A DNA stretch of 41,689 bases, taken from Nitrospiraceae bacterium. GTDB taxonomy: Bacteria; Nitrospirota; Nitrospiria; Nitrospirales; UBA2166. Made by a program: the position numbers and the translations under genes. Location of the stretch: the NCBI GenBank assembly GCA_002726235.1, contig PBSN01000016.1, positions 1 through 41,689 of the forward strand, given 5' to 3'. The number at the start of each line of letters is the position of its first letter. Positions within the stretch are counted from its first letter, which is position 1. Under the pieces are notes generated by a model. That model was given only the letters and a program-made list of their open reading frames with translations, was not told the DNA's origin and searched no databases. Shown here piece after piece: positions 39,106 to 41,689 of the stretch.

Positions 39106-41076
39106 TCACGCCCATTTTCGCTTGCGCGCGAGACCGAACAATGCAATGAACGTCAGGAGAACCCACAGTGCAGGCTCGGAGGCAACCGCATAATTCGACA
39201 CCCCGTATCCCAGAGAAAGCGGCTGAGCTCTATCAATCGCATGACCGCTGGGATTGCGAATCTTCTCAAGCACGGCAATGAAGGAGGTGTATTTTGTCAG
39301 GAGTGAATACGTCAGGCCAAGTGACGTGATCTCGGACACAAGCTCAGCGTTCTCGTTTCCAAAGTTAAGATCAGACAGCCGCGTGATACTGCTACGCGCC
39401 CAAAGATAGGGAAGCGCGCTATTCTCCTGGCGTGGTTTGATTTCCGAGACCTTAAACACTTTCCGGTAGTGTCCATGGGCACTTTTTCCGGAGACTTCGA
39501 TGCTCCCGACCCGTGCCCCTCGCCATTTTCCGAACACGACAATCGGACGCTCGGCTAGAAGGTTTGGAATCGATGGAGGCTCGATATCGTAAATTTCAAA
39601 CCCGTTCGATTGAACTTGAACGTTGGTTAGGACTGGAGACGCCACGTACTCACGAAACCGTTTCGCCGCACTTCCCGCCTCGGCGGGTTCTGTCACAACA
39701 AATGGCTCCCCAAGACCCGCTCGTGCCATTCCCTCGATGAGATACCGATTGACACTTGAACCAATGCCAAACGAAAAAAAGTTGGTTGTGTTGAGGTTGT
39801 TTTGGATGATTTCAAAAACCCTGTTCTCCGCAGCAATGTAGCCGTCAGTCACAATAACAACCGTTCGAGAAACATGTTCATCCCGAGGGAGAGCAAGCGC
39901 TCGCTGCAAAGCGGGAACAATTTCCGTCCCGCCTCCACCCTGTGTCGCTTCAATCCATCGAATCGCGTCCTGTACATTTTTCCGTGTGGCTTGATGCGAT
40001 GTCGGAGCCATCACCTGAGATGCCCCAGCAAAGAGCACGACATTGAACTTATCAGTATCGCGAAGGCGTCCGATCAGATCCTTCATCACTGTCTTTGCTG
40101 TGTTAAGCGGAAACCCGTTCATGGAACCGGAAACGTCGAGAACAAAGATGTATTCTCGCGGAGGGATATCCTTCAGCTCAACCCGCTCTGGCGGCTGCAT
40201 CATCAGGAGAAAGAAGTTTTCATTCTTTCCCTCAAAGAGAGACAAGCCACTTTGTATCTGTTGCCCAACCAGCCGATACTTCAGGATGAAATCTCGATTC
40301 CCCCCAAACGTTTTCGGGTCAGCAAGCGAGACGGTTGCCATCGTCCGCTCGCTCCATGCCACATTGACGTCATGGGTGGAACTGGCAACCTCCTGAAGCT
40401 CCAAGCCGGTCGAGAGCATCACTTTCAGATCAAAGGTCGTTCGAGGCTCTGTGCCTTCTTTGAGGTACGGGCTTTTCACCCACTGATCACTTTCAGGAAA
40501 TTCCGATTCACTCTGGTTTGAATAGCGCGGTCCAACCACCGTGGGATACACAAATTGGTAGGTTCCCGCTGTTGGAACCAGAAGTTCGGTGTACCGTAAT
40601 TCGACATCCACCTGATCCCCTGGCATGATATTGGCCACCTTCATCGTGAAGACATTGGGGCGATTCTGGGAGAGGAGCGACACGCTTTTCCCTTCGGCTT
40701 TTGCTTTGGTAAATTCTTTTTTTGCCTGCTCGCGTTTTTTGATTTTGGCAACGACCACATCATCGCCGATCTTCATTTTCATGCCATGAACGGCGACGTG
40801 TGTGGATGCGGGAAACACATATCGAGCATTCAGCGGCACTGTCCCATCATTTGCATAGGTTTGCCTGACGATCACATCGGCAATGACACCATTGACATTG
40901 GCAGAAACCGTGGTCGCCTTGAGCGGAAAGGCATCGCCGGAAGCCTCTTGAGTCTCGACAAAAAAGTAGGGAGAAAGTGTTTTCCCCTTTCCTTTTTCTT
41001 CTCCGCCAAATACCTGCCCTCCCACCAAAACCAATCCCAGCACCACAAAACACCCAATAATGACATGCTGTTTCAT
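39106..41076 (-). CDS. VIT + vWA domain protein with C-terminal SEP-CTERM-like sorting signal
   Basis: Signal peptide, VIT domain (VIADV.VRQTY.N...YVFP), MIDAS DVSGS and TDG, and tail ASEP-hydrophobic helix-RKRK. Confidence 0.92.
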   Translation of the reverse strand: MKQHVIIGCFVVLGLVLVGGQVFGGEEKGKGKTLSPYFFVETQEASGDAFPLKATTVSANVNGVIADVIVRQTYANDGTVPLNARYVFPASTHVAVHGMKMKIGDDVVVAKIKKREQAKKEFTKAKAEGKSVSLLSQNRPNVFTMKVANIMPGDQVDVELRYTELLVPTAGTYQFVYPTVVGPRYSNQSESEFPESDQWVKSPYLKEGTEPRTTFDLKVMLSTGLELQEVASSTHDVNVAWSERTMATVSLADPKTFGGNRDFILKYRLVGQQIQSGLSLFEGKNENFFLLMMQPPERVELKDIPPREYIFVLDVSGSMNGFPLNTAKTVMKDLIGRLRDTDKFNVVLFAGASQVMAPTSHQATRKNVQDAIRWIEATQGGGGTEIVPALQRALALPRDEHVSRTVVIVTDGYIAAENRVFEIIQNNLNTTNFFSFGIGSSVNRYLIEGMARAGLGEPFVVTEPAEAGSAAKRFREYVASPVLTNVQVQSNGFEIYDIEPPSIPNLLAERPIVVFGKWRGARVGSIEVSGKSAHGHYRKVFKVSEIKPRQENSALPYLWARSSITRLSDLNFGNENAELVSEITSLGLTYSLLTKYTSFIAVLEKIRNPSGHAIDRAQPLSLGYGVSNYAVASEPALWVLLTFIALFGLARKRKWA

Positions 41077-41308
41077 ACACCGTCTCCTCTCCACATACAC
41101 TGCATTACCTGCGGCACGTTAATGAGAGCTGAATGGATAAACATACAATTAGAGAAAAGATGGAAGGGGGCAACCCTGGAGTCACACATCGCACACATAG
41201 GAAGAAAGAGAGACTCTCCATCGACCCGCTCATCAACCTCGTTGCCCTGTGGGGCATCCATGCTGTCGAAGGAACTCTGCAAAATGAGCATGGATGCCAC
41301 CTCGGCAA

Positions 41309-41485
41309 TTACGTGCGTACGAGGCGCACAACCTGCCGTGGTCGACTCATGCTCCCGTTTGGCATCACACTCAACCTAAAATATCCACAGTTGACACAAC
41401 GCATCCCATTGACCATTGGAAGATCATCATGCCTACTTCGGTTTTCATCAGTCACCATAAGTCCATGGCACCGGACACAGCGCAT
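41309..41485 (-). CDS. Small CxxC...CxxC zinc-ribbon protein
   Basis: MRCVRCHGLMV...RCVNCG with a GAGGGGG RBS. Confidence 0.68.
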   Translation of the reverse strand: MRCVRCHGLMVTDENRSRHDDLPMVNGMRCVNCGYFRLSVMPNGSMSRPRQVVRLVRT

Positions 41486-41689
41486 CTCGCACCCCCTCGC
41501 AGCTAGAACCTGTACTCTATGTGCTTGCTCCATACATCACGCTAACCACCATCAACACCCAGGAAGAGCGCGGTACGAAAACGCTCCGCGAACACTGCGC
41601 TGGGGTTACTTCACCACGAGGTTGGCCCGCCGATTCGCCTTATGACACTGCACATCATCAGTAACGCAGGTGAGGCCTTCACGGCCGTA

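Overview
A 41.7-kb bacterial chromosomal segment of roughly 50% GC. It is most likely from a Nitrospirota (Nitrospira-like) organism, inferred from protein style and not verified. Most of it is housekeeping: ilvD, tRNA-Leu(CAA), amgK-murU, rpmH-rnpA-yidD-yidC-mnmE, truA, amidase, tatD, plsC and rpiB-pgi-gnd. Three accessory modules stand out. (1) At 0.2-6.6 kb, a lipid cluster of an LptF/LptG pair, a metallophosphoesterase, a CDP-alcohol phosphotransferase, a DAG/ceramide-kinase-like gene and a Tam41-like cytidylyltransferase. It resembles the Caulobacter anionic sphingolipid (cpgABC) head-group and export locus. (2) At 31.5-34.3 kb, a K+ channel / YbjN-like / PspA / DUF4178 envelope-stress operon. 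(3) At 35.8-41.1 kb, a VIT-vWA protein with a variant SEP-CTERM sorting tail, its adjacent exosortase and a CreBC-like two-component system. rpmH and the tRNA are missing from the ORF track and were read directly from the sequence. No CRISPR array, rRNA or transposase was seen. All family assignments come from motif recognition, not database searches.
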